From Candidatus Rokubacteria bacterium CSP1-6 (GTDB taxonomy: Bacteria; Methylomirabilota; Methylomirabilia; Rokubacteriales; CSP1-6): a stretch of 64,000 nucleotides of DNA. Each line of letters starts with the position of its first letter. The first letter of the stretch is position 1. Where the stretch lies: the NCBI GenBank assembly GCA_001443385.1, contig LDXP01000005.1, positions 2,146-66,145 of the forward strand. The letters run 5' to 3'. The translations under genes and the position numbers were made by a program. The notes beneath the pieces were generated by a model. The model worked only from the letters and a program-made list of their open reading frames with translations. It was not told the DNA's origin and searched no databases. Below are positions 9,053 through 16,826 of the stretch, piece by piece.

Positions 9053-10415
9053 CGGCCGCCTCCTGCTCCTGGCGGCTTCCCTGCTCCTCCTCCCCGACGC
9101 TGCCCGGGCGGCGGACGCCCCGACGGCCCAGGAGTGCCTGGCGTGCCACGGAGACCGGGAGTTGAAGCGGGGCGCCCCGGCACCCGGGCGCTCGCTCTCC
9201 CTCTTCGTCGACGAGGCCGCGGCCAAAGCCTCGGTCCACGCCCGCCTGGAGTGCGTGGCCTGCCACAAGACGGCCAGCGCGCCCCATGACGCGCCCCTCC
9301 CCGCCGTCCGCTGCGCCGAGTGCCACGCGAAAGCCCGCGGTGCCCTGAGCGAGGGGGTCCACGGGAGCGCGAAGGCGCGGGCGCCTACCTGCGCGGGCTG
9401 CCACGGGACTCACGCGGTGGCTTCAGCGGCATCGCTCGGCATCGAGACCTGCGCGGCCTGCCACGCGCGCCAGGTGACGCTCTACCGGGAAAGCATCCAC
9501 GCGCGCTCCCGCCAGCGCGGGGATTCCCAGGCGGCGACGTGCCGGTCGTGCCACGGCGAGGCGCACGCCCTCCTCGCGAAGACCGACGCGCGCGCGCCGA
9601 CGTACCACCTCAACCTGCCAAGGACCTGCGCCCAGTGCCACGCCGACCCGGAGCTGGCGAAGCGCTACAACATCCCGATCGGGAACGTGTACCAGCTCTA
9701 CATGGACTCGATTCACGGCCGGGCGCTGACGCGGAGCGGCCTCCTGGTGGCGGCCAACTGCTCGGACTGCCACGGCGCCCACGAGATCAAGCCGCGGGCC
9801 GAGCCGGCCTCCCGAGTATTCCGCGCCAACGTCCCCAAGACGTGTGGCGCGTGCCACGCGGGAATCCTGGCGGCCTACGCTGAGTCGGTTCACGGAACGC
9901 ATGTGGCCAAAGGAAACCTGAAGGCCCCGGTCTGCACCGACTGCCACAGCGCCCACCAGATCCGCCGCGTGGAGGGGGCGCCGTGGCAGCTGGAGGCGAT
10001 CCGGGAGTGCGGCACCTGCCACGAGGAGTCGCTGAAGACCTACCGTGACACCTTCCACGGCAAGGTGACCGCGCTGGGCTACACCCGGGTGGCCAAGTGC
10101 TCGGACTGCCACGGGGCCCATACGATCCTGCCGCCTTCCGATCCCCGCTCCACCGTCTCGCCCGCGAAGCTGGTCGCGACCTGCCGGCAATGCCACCCGC
10201 AGGCCATGGCCGCCTTCGCCGAGTTCCATCCCCACGCCGACTACCGGAACAAGGAGCGGTTCCCCCGGCTCTACTACACCTACCTCTTCATGAGCGGGCT
10301 CCTCGTGGCCGTGCTGGCCTCCTTCGGACTCCACGCCCTCCTCTGGCTCCCCCGCTCTCTCCTGGAGCGGCTGCGCCGGGGTCGCGCCGGCGGCGACACC
10401 AGGGGCGAGCCGTGA
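9027..10415 (+). CDS. 13-haem c-type cytochrome with a C-terminal TM helix; start codon uncertain (non-ATG/GTG/TTG)
   Basis: The track ORF starts at 9162, but the same frame is open from 8943. It encodes a signal peptide (…RLLLLAASLLLLPDAARA) and a first CLACH (9135-9149) upstream of that Met. ATT at 9027 has GGAGG 9 nt upstream. There are 13 CxxCH motifs in total. Confidence 0.75.
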   Translation: MARSAIRNSGRLLLLAASLLLLPDAARAADAPTAQECLACHGDRELKRGAPAPGRSLSLFVDEAAAKASVHARLECVACHKTASAPHDAPLPAVRCAECHAKARGALSEGVHGSAKARAPTCAGCHGTHAVASAASLGIETCAACHARQVTLYRESIHARSRQRGDSQAATCRSCHGEAHALLAKTDARAPTYHLNLPRTCAQCHADPELAKRYNIPIGNVYQLYMDSIHGRALTRSGLLVAANCSDCHGAHEIKPRAEPASRVFRANVPKTCGACHAGILAAYAESVHGTHVAKGNLKAPVCTDCHSAHQIRRVEGAPWQLEAIRECGTCHEESLKTYRDTFHGKVTALGYTRVAKCSDCHGAHTILPPSDPRSTVSPAKLVATCRQCHPQAMAAFAEFHPHADYRNKERFPRLYYTYLFMSGLLVAVLASFGLHALLWLPRSLLERLRRGRAGGDTRGEP

Positions 10416-11230
10416 ACGGCGGGGCGCGGTACTACTTCAGGCTGAACCTCTACCACCGGATCCTCCACGGCATGGTGATCGTGAGCTTTCTGGGGCTCGC
10501 CGTCACCGGCCTGCCGCTCAAGTACTCGCAGACCGGCTGGGGGTGGTGGCTGTCGCACCTCCTCGGGGGCCCCTTCACGACCGGATACCTCCACCGCTTC
10601 TTCGCCATCGTCACCTTCTGCTACTTCGCCTTGCACCTGGGCTACGTGGCCCGGCTGATCCTCACCGGCCGGCGCGGGGTCTTCTGGGGCCCCGCCTCGA
10701 TGGTCCCGCAGCCGCGTGACTTCGTGCAGCTGGCCCAGCACGTCCGCTACTTCCTCGGCCTGGGGCCGCGGCCCCGGTTCGATCGCTGGGCCTACTGGGA
10801 GAAGTTCGACTACTGGGCGGTCTTCTGGGGGGTGGCCGTGATCGGCGCCTCGGGGCTGCTCCTCTGGTTTCCGACCTTCTTCGCGCGCTACCTGCCCGGC
10901 TGGATCTTCAACGTGGCCATCCTCATCCACAGCGACGAGGCGCTCCTGGCGGTAGCCTTCATCTTCACGATCCACTTCTTCAACGTCCACCTCCGTCCCG
11001 AGAAGTTCCCGATGGACCCGGTGATCTTCACGGGCCGCCTCGAGGAGGAGGAGTTCCGGCGGGAGCACGCCGCCGAATACGAGCGGCTCAGGGCCGAGGG
11101 GCGGCTCGAGACCCTCCGGGCCGATCCGCCCCCCCGCTGGATGAGGAACTTCTCGCGGGTGGCCGGCTTCACCGCCCTGGCCATCGGGATCATCCTCATC
11201 TGGCTGATCGTGGCCACGGCGCTCCGATGA
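10412..11230 (+). CDS. Integral-membrane b-type cytochrome (FdnI/HydC/PhsC-like)
   Basis: GTG start overlapping the previous stop (GTGA). Polytopic, with conserved-looking His in the helices (YHRILHG, YLHRFF, LIHSDE, FTIHFFNVH). Confidence 0.7.
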   Translation: MNGGARYYFRLNLYHRILHGMVIVSFLGLAVTGLPLKYSQTGWGWWLSHLLGGPFTTGYLHRFFAIVTFCYFALHLGYVARLILTGRRGVFWGPASMVPQPRDFVQLAQHVRYFLGLGPRPRFDRWAYWEKFDYWAVFWGVAVIGASGLLLWFPTFFARYLPGWIFNVAILIHSDEALLAVAFIFTIHFFNVHLRPEKFPMDPVIFTGRLEEEEFRREHAAEYERLRAEGRLETLRADPPPRWMRNFSRVAGFTALAIGIILIWLIVATALR

Positions 11231-12144
11231 GCCCAGACCACCCGATGACCGAGGGGCCGAAACGCCGCTGGTGGCGGAGGCGCGGCCTCCTGGTTCCGCT
11301 CGGCATCGCCCTCGTGGTGGGCGGCGCCGCGCTGGTCGGCCTCTGGGAGATGAGCACGAGCCCGCTGCTCTGCAACTCCTGCCACATCATGAAGCCCTAC
11401 GTCGAGGCGTGGAAGACCTCGAAGCACAACAACGTGACGTGCGTGCAGTGCCATTACCCCCCCGGGTTCAGGGACACCATCTGGGTCAAGTACCAGGCGC
11501 TCGCCCAGGTGGTGAAATGGGCCACGCAAACATATAGCTCCAAGCCCTTCGCCGAGGTGGAGGACGCCAGCTGCCTCCGCTCCGGCTGCCACGACCGGCG
11601 CTTGCTCGACGGCAAGGCCGTCTTCAAGCGCGGGATCGTCTTCGACCACCGCCCGCATCTGGAGGAGGTGCGGCGGGGGCGCCAGCTGCGCTGCACGAGC
11701 TGCCACTCGCAGATCGTCGTGGGCACCCACATCGAGGTCACGGAATCCACCTGCTTCCTCTGCCACTTCAAGGGCATGAAGACCGGGCGGGAGCTCACGC
11801 CCATCGCCGGCTGCACCGGGTGCCACCAGCCGCCCAAGGGCGACATCCTGGTGGGGTCGATCCGGTTCAACCACGCGGACGTGATGCGCCGCGGCGTCGC
11901 CTGCCAGAAGTGCCACCTCAACGTCATCCAGGGTGAGGGCGAGGCGCCGCGCGAGCGCTGCTTCACCTGCCACAATCAGCCGGAGAAGCTCCAGCGCTAC
12001 CCGGACACCCCGTTCATCCACGATTTCCACGTGGCCGGGCACAACATCGAGTGCGCGCGATGCCACACGGAGATCAGGCACCGGCTGCCGCCGCCGATCG
12101 GGGTGCCGACGGCGGGGGAGCCCGGGGCCCCGCCGCGCACATGA
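11227..12144 (+). CDS. NapC/NirT/NrfH-like membrane-anchored multihaem cytochrome (8 CxxCH + 1 CX4CH)
   Basis: ATGA overlap with the previous gene. N-terminal TM helix directly followed by CNSCH, as in NapC/NirT. Further motifs: CVQCH, CLRSGCH, CTSCH, CFLCH, CTGCH, CQKCH, CFTCH, CARCH. Confidence 0.85.
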   Translation: MSPDHPMTEGPKRRWWRRRGLLVPLGIALVVGGAALVGLWEMSTSPLLCNSCHIMKPYVEAWKTSKHNNVTCVQCHYPPGFRDTIWVKYQALAQVVKWATQTYSSKPFAEVEDASCLRSGCHDRRLLDGKAVFKRGIVFDHRPHLEEVRRGRQLRCTSCHSQIVVGTHIEVTESTCFLCHFKGMKTGRELTPIAGCTGCHQPPKGDILVGSIRFNHADVMRRGVACQKCHLNVIQGEGEAPRERCFTCHNQPEKLQRYPDTPFIHDFHVAGHNIECARCHTEIRHRLPPPIGVPTAGEPGAPPRT

Positions 12145-13481
12145 CCCCTCTGCTCCGGCTCCTCGCCATCCTCGCGATCGGCCTCGGCGCGGCCGCCCCC
12201 GCTCTCGCCCAGCGCCCACCCGCGCCGCACGCCCCCGCTCCCCTCAGGCCCGAGCTGCCGCAGGAGCCGGCGAAGCCCCACCGGATGGGAGAGCTCGAGT
12301 GCCGGAACTGCCACCAGGCGAAGCACCAGGGCGTCCTCCGGATGTACCTCGGCATGGGGGGGCGCGGGACGGCCATGATCCCGAGCCACATGTTCCAGGT
12401 GCGCGTGGAGTGCGTCGCCTGCCACATTGTGCCGAAGGAAGCTGAAGGGGCGGCGGCCATCGTGGGCCAGACGTTCAGGCCCAGCGAGCAGGCGTGCCTC
12501 GGCTGTCACGGCGAGAAGTACCGCGGTATGCTGGCGCGCTGGGCGACGACGCTGAACCAGATAGGCGAGACGGTGGCCCTGAAGCTGGCGGCCGGGCGCG
12601 CGGTCCTCGCGGGCGCCGACCCGAAGAATCCCAAGCACGCGCGCGCCCGCGAGCTCGTGGAGGACGCCGACTTCAACGCCCAGTTCGTTACGCTCGGGAA
12701 GGGGGTGCACAATGTCTTCTACGCCGCGGATCTGCTCAAGCTCGCCAACGGCTGGCTCGACGAGGCGCTGGCCCTCCTCTCCAAGCCACCCCTCAAGATC
12801 GACGACGCCCTGGTGCGGGGGGGGTACTGCGGCGTCCTCTGCCACGAGCAGGCCGGCGTGAAGCAGTTCGAGACGGTCACGTTCGCGAAGCGGAAGATCC
12901 CGCACGTCCGCCACGTGAGCGAGTTCGGCGCCGTGTGCACCGCGTGCCACTCGGCCGAGGTTCACAAAGCCGTCACGGCCACTCCCGCCACCTGCGCCGC
13001 CTGCCATCACAACCCCATGAACGACCGGTGTGAGTCGTGCCACCGCGTTCAGAGCGCCTTTTACCGTGGAGGGGTGAAGACGGACTCGGCGAAGGTCGAG
13101 CCCAACGTCATGGTGAATGCGGTGGGCTGCACGGGGTGCCACGACTGGACGCAGAAGCATTCCCGCCGGGCCGTCGGCCAGAAGTGCGTCGGCTGCCACG
13201 ATGCCGCGTATCTCTCCTTCGCGACCGAGTGGACGGCGGGGCTCGACGATCAGGCGACACGGGCGGCCGCCACCCTCAAGCGGGCGGAGGCCGCGCTCTC
13301 GGCCGCGCGGCGCGCCGGCCGCGCGGCGCCGGGGGCCGACCTCCTGGTCAGGGAGGCGCGCGACGCGCTGGCGCTGGTCAGGACCGCGCGGGGCGTTCAT
13401 AATCCCCCCGCCGCCGAGGCGCTCCTCGAAGCCGCCCGCCTCAAAGCGGATGAGGCGCTCGCCCAGGCCGGCCGTCGCTGA
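12141..13481 (+). CDS. Periplasmic multihaem cytochrome (8 CxxCH + 1 CX3CH) with a helical C-terminal region
   Basis: ATGA overlap. Signal peptide MTPLLRLLAILAIGLGAAAPALA. Motifs: CRNCH, CVACH, CLGCH, CGVLCH, CTACH, CAACH, CESCH, CTGCH, CVGCH. Confidence 0.85.
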   Translation: MTPLLRLLAILAIGLGAAAPALAQRPPAPHAPAPLRPELPQEPAKPHRMGELECRNCHQAKHQGVLRMYLGMGGRGTAMIPSHMFQVRVECVACHIVPKEAEGAAAIVGQTFRPSEQACLGCHGEKYRGMLARWATTLNQIGETVALKLAAGRAVLAGADPKNPKHARARELVEDADFNAQFVTLGKGVHNVFYAADLLKLANGWLDEALALLSKPPLKIDDALVRGGYCGVLCHEQAGVKQFETVTFAKRKIPHVRHVSEFGAVCTACHSAEVHKAVTATPATCAACHHNPMNDRCESCHRVQSAFYRGGVKTDSAKVEPNVMVNAVGCTGCHDWTQKHSRRAVGQKCVGCHDAAYLSFATEWTAGLDDQATRAAATLKRAEAALSAARRAGRAAPGADLLVREARDALALVRTARGVHNPPAAEALLEAARLKADEALAQAGRR

Positions 13482-13485
13482 GCCC

Positions 13486-14328
13486 ATGGCGCGATCCCGC
13501 CGAGCGGCAGAGCCCGAGATTCCCCGGCGCGACTGGTGGGTCGCCGCCCTCGCGGCCATCGGCGTCCTCGTCGCGGGCTACCTGGCGGTCAACAAGTGGA
13601 GCGGCGGCACCGCGCTCCTCTGTACCGCGGGCAGCGGCTGCGACATCGTCCAGGCGAGCCGCTACGCCGTCGTTCTCGGTCTTCCCACGGCGGCCTGGGG
13701 CGCCGGGCTCTACGCGGCGGTCGGGGCGCTGGCGCTCCTGGGGCTCCCCCCGCGGCGCTGGCTCGCCGCCTTCCTTCTGGCCGTCGCGGGGACGTCGTTC
13801 TCCCTCTATCTCACCTACCTCTCGATCTTCGCCGTCGGCGCCACGTGCGCGTACTGCCTCGCCTCGGCAGGGATCGCCCTCGGGCTCTTCGGCCTCCTGC
13901 TCCTCCGGCGTCCCCCCGCCACCGGCCGCAGGTCCCCCGTGAGGGCGACGCGCGTCGTGGCCCTGGGAAGCGCCACGGCGCTGGTCACGGTCATCCTCGG
14001 AGCCGCAGTGTTCGCCACACTCGAGCCGAAGGAGGCGGCCACCTATCAGGAAGCCCTCGCCCGCCACCTCAAGGCGAGCGGCGCCGTCATGTACGGCGCC
14101 TACTGGTGACCCGCATGCAAGGAGCAAAAGGCCCGGTTCGGGCCTTCAGCCGAGCTCCTCCCGTACGTCGAGTGCGACCCGAAAGGGATCGGGGCCCGGC
14201 CGGACCTCTGCGGGCGCATCGGCGTGAGGGCCTATCCGACGTGGATCGTCGGCAGCGAGCGCTACGAGGGCGTCCTCACCCTCGACCGGCTGGCCGAAGC
14301 CTCGCGCTTCGCGGGCCCGACGCGCTGA
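13486..14328 (+). CDS. VKOR (vitamin K epoxide reductase family)-thioredoxin-like fusion with in-frame TGA (14107-14109) at the first position of the CxxC motif; candidate selenoprotein
   Basis: VKOR motifs: CTAGSGC loop pair and CAYC in a TM helix. After 'MYGAYW' comes TGA, then 72 sense codons in the same frame: PACKEQKARFG…PYVECDP…RAYPTWIVG… to TGA at 14326-14328. This is a thioredoxin-fold tail with W-[TGA]-P-A-C and a cis-Pro YPTW. Confidence 0.65.
14121..14158 (+). promoter_or_regulatory. Candidate bacterial SECIS hairpin downstream of the in-frame UGA
   Basis: Upper stem AAGGCCCG/CGGGCCTT (14128-14135 / 14139-14146) with apical loop GUU. Possible lower stem GGAGC/GCTCC (14121-14125 / 14154-14158). 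The apical loop begins 26 nt after the UGA. Confidence 0.35.
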
Positions 14329-14458
14329 GGCACCCGCGCCCCACCGGCGGAAACGGTTGCCCCACCGGCCAGCGCTCGGGTGCCTGGTCAGCAGAACCAC
14401 CGCGTCTCTAACCGCTCACAATCACTGGGGTTTCGGATATCTCGACGGACCGTCCCCC

Positions 14459-14474
14459 TGGCACGACCCTTGCC
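14459..14474 (+). promoter_or_regulatory. Sigma-54 (-24/-12) promoter upstream of feoA
   Basis: cTGGCACGacccTTGCc matches the TGGCACG-N4-TTGC consensus at all invariant positions. It lies 21 nt before the feoA ATG, in an intergenic region. Confidence 0.6.
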
Positions 14475-14494
14475 GGTGATGTTAAGCGAGGTTA

Positions 14495-14797
14495 ATGACG
14501 GCAATGGCCCACAGGAAGCACCGTCCCCTGGAGCGGTTCCCCGACGGCGCGCCTCGCGCCGAAGCCGCCATCCCGCTCCACCGCCTGAAACCAGGCAAGA
14601 GCGGGATCATCGCGAGGATCGAAAAAGAGGAGCCGGAGCTGCTGAAGTACCTCGCCACCCTGGGCTTGCTTCCCCAGACGAAGGTCGAGGTCGAAGAGGT
14701 CGCGCCCTTCGGCGGGCCGATCCTGGTGCGCGTCGGAGCCTCGCGCTACGCCCTCGGACGCAAGGTGGCGGCGAAGATCCTCGTCAAGGAGACGTAA
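14495..14797 (+). CDS. feoA: FeoA-domain ferrous iron transport protein
   Basis: SH3-like FeoA pattern (LKPGKSGIIARI … LGLLPQTKVEVEEVAPFGGPILVRVG) directly followed by feoB. Confidence 0.85.
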   Translation: MTAMAHRKHRPLERFPDGAPRAEAAIPLHRLKPGKSGIIARIEKEEPELLKYLATLGLLPQTKVEVEEVAPFGGPILVRVGASRYALGRKVAAKILVKET

Positions 14798-16810
14798 GTG
14801 GCGCTCGGCTGTCATAGTGGAATCGCCCGGTGGAAGGAGCGGCTTCCGATCACCTTCGCCCTGGCCGGGAATCCCAACGTGGGGAAATCCAGCGTCTTCA
14901 ACTGGCTCACGGGCATGGGGGTCACGACGGCTAACTACCCGGGAAAGACCGTCGAGGTCAACCTGGCCACCACGCACTTCAAAGACCGCGAGATCGGGAT
15001 CATGGATTTGCCTGGGACCTATGCCCTGGGCTCTGTCTCGGAGGATCAGTGGGTCGCCCGCCAGGCCCTTCTGGATGCCGACCCGGACGCCGTCCTCGTG
15101 ATCGTGGACGCAACGCGCCTGGAGCGAAATCTCTATCTGCCGCTTCAGCTCCTGGACCTGGGGCTGCCGGTGGTCGTGGCGCTGAACCTGATTGACGAGG
15201 CCTGGCGGAACGGGCTCCGGATCGATCATCACCGCCTGTCGAGACTCCTGGGTGTCCCCGTCGTCCCGACGGTCGCCATCAGGGGACAGGGGCTCGACCA
15301 GTTGGTGGAGATGGGGTGCAAGGCGGCCCAACCGAACGGCCTCCCGCGCGTGACGCCCCGGTACGGCATGGATGTGGAGGACGCCATCGGGGCGCTGAGC
15401 GATCTGCTGGCCAAGGAGGGGATCGCCCTTCCCCATGGGCTTCCTCCCCGGGGCGTCGCCGTCCTCCTGCTGGAGGAGGACGAAGAGTTCCTTACCTGGG
15501 CCCGCGCCCTTCCCGAGGGGGAGCGAGTCCTGGCCAAGGTCGCTGAAGTCGCCTCATCCATCGCCCTACGCCATGGCGAGCCCGCGCCCCTCTGGATCGC
15601 CCGGGAGCGCCACGGGCTGGCCGGCGCCATCGCGGCCCAGGTCCAGCGGAGGGTGCGCGCCCCCTCGAAAGCCCAGGACCGCCTCTGGCGCCTGACGACC
15701 GCGCCCGGCACCGGCTACCCGCTCCTGGTCCTGACCCTGGCCGGCCTCTTCGCGTTCCTCTTCTTCGTGGGGAACTTCCTGTCGGATCTCCTGGGCGGCG
15801 TCTGGCAGGCCTACGCGTCCCCGCTCATCCGGTCCGTCGTCCAGCTCGCCGCCGGTGAGGGCATTCTCTCCAAGACGCTCCTCTGGGGCCTCGACGCGGG
15901 GATCAACGCCGCGCTGTCGGTGGGCATTCCCTACGTCCTCACCTTTTACTTCCTCCTGTCGATCCTGGAGGACACGGGCTATCTGAACTCCATCGCCTTC
16001 CTCACCGACCCGTTCATGCACAAGCTGGGGCTCCACGGCCGGGCGGCCATCCCGCTCGTCGCGGGAGCCGGGTGCAACGTCCCCGCGATCATGGGGATCC
16101 GCGTGCTGACCACCATGCGGGAGCGCATCCTGGCCAGCACGCTTGTCTGCTTGATGCCCTGCAGCGCCCGGACGGCTGTGATCGCCGGCGCCGTTTCGAA
16201 ATACGTCGGGTGGGGGCCCGCGGTCGGGATCTACCTGATCGTGGCGGGCATCGCCTTCTCCGCCGGCTGGGGATTGAACCGCGTGCTCCCGGGCCACTCG
16301 GCGGGGCTCGTCATGGAGATGTTCCCGTTCCGCCCCCCGTCGCTCTCGAAGATGCTCCGGTGCACCTGGTACCGCTTCAGGGATTTCCTCTTCGTGGCCA
16401 CTCCGGTGGTCCTCGCCGGGAGCCTCGTCCTGGGGCTGATCTACGAGACAGGCTTCCTCTGGGCCTTCACGGCGCCGCTCGCGCCCGTGGTCGAGGGGTG
16501 GCTCGGGCTACCGGCAGTGGCGGGCCTGACCCTGGTCTTCGCCGTCCTCAGGAAGGAGCTGGCCCTCCAGCTCCTGGTGACGCTCGCCATCGCGAAGTAC
16601 GGGGCCGGGGTGACGGATCTCCTCCAGTTCATGGACCGGAGCCAGATCTTCACCTACACCCTGGTCAACACCCTCTACATCCCCTGCATCGCCACCGTGG
16701 CCGTCCTGGCGAAGGAGCTGGGCTGGCGGCGGGCCCTCGGGATCTCGGGCTTCACGATCCTCCTGGCGCTGGCTGCCGGCGGCATCGCCCACCGGCTCAT
16801 CGCCTTCTAG
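14798..16810 (+). CDS. feoB: Ferrous iron transporter FeoB
   Basis: G-domain GNPNVGKSSVFNWLTG, DLPGTYAL and a polytopic C-terminal permease. GTG start one nt after the feoA stop. Confidence 0.93.
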   Translation: MALGCHSGIARWKERLPITFALAGNPNVGKSSVFNWLTGMGVTTANYPGKTVEVNLATTHFKDREIGIMDLPGTYALGSVSEDQWVARQALLDADPDAVLVIVDATRLERNLYLPLQLLDLGLPVVVALNLIDEAWRNGLRIDHHRLSRLLGVPVVPTVAIRGQGLDQLVEMGCKAAQPNGLPRVTPRYGMDVEDAIGALSDLLAKEGIALPHGLPPRGVAVLLLEEDEEFLTWARALPEGERVLAKVAEVASSIALRHGEPAPLWIARERHGLAGAIAAQVQRRVRAPSKAQDRLWRLTTAPGTGYPLLVLTLAGLFAFLFFVGNFLSDLLGGVWQAYASPLIRSVVQLAAGEGILSKTLLWGLDAGINAALSVGIPYVLTFYFLLSILEDTGYLNSIAFLTDPFMHKLGLHGRAAIPLVAGAGCNVPAIMGIRVLTTMRERILASTLVCLMPCSARTAVIAGAVSKYVGWGPAVGIYLIVAGIAFSAGWGLNRVLPGHSAGLVMEMFPFRPPSLSKMLRCTWYRFRDFLFVATPVVLAGSLVLGLIYETGFLWAFTAPLAPVVEGWLGLPAVAGLTLVFAVLRKELALQLLVTLAIAKYGAGVTDLLQFMDRSQIFTYTLVNTLYIPCIATVAVLAKELGWRRALGISGFTILLALAAGGIAHRLIAF

Positions 16811-16826
16811 CTACGGCGCAATCGCG

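Noticed and set aside
14146-14400. The 84-aa minus-strand ORF covering the region after the VKOR stop
   Set aside because: It is Arg/Gly-rich with no motifs. The plus-strand frame continuing past the TGA encodes a recognisable thioredoxin-fold sequence, which explains the open antisense frame.
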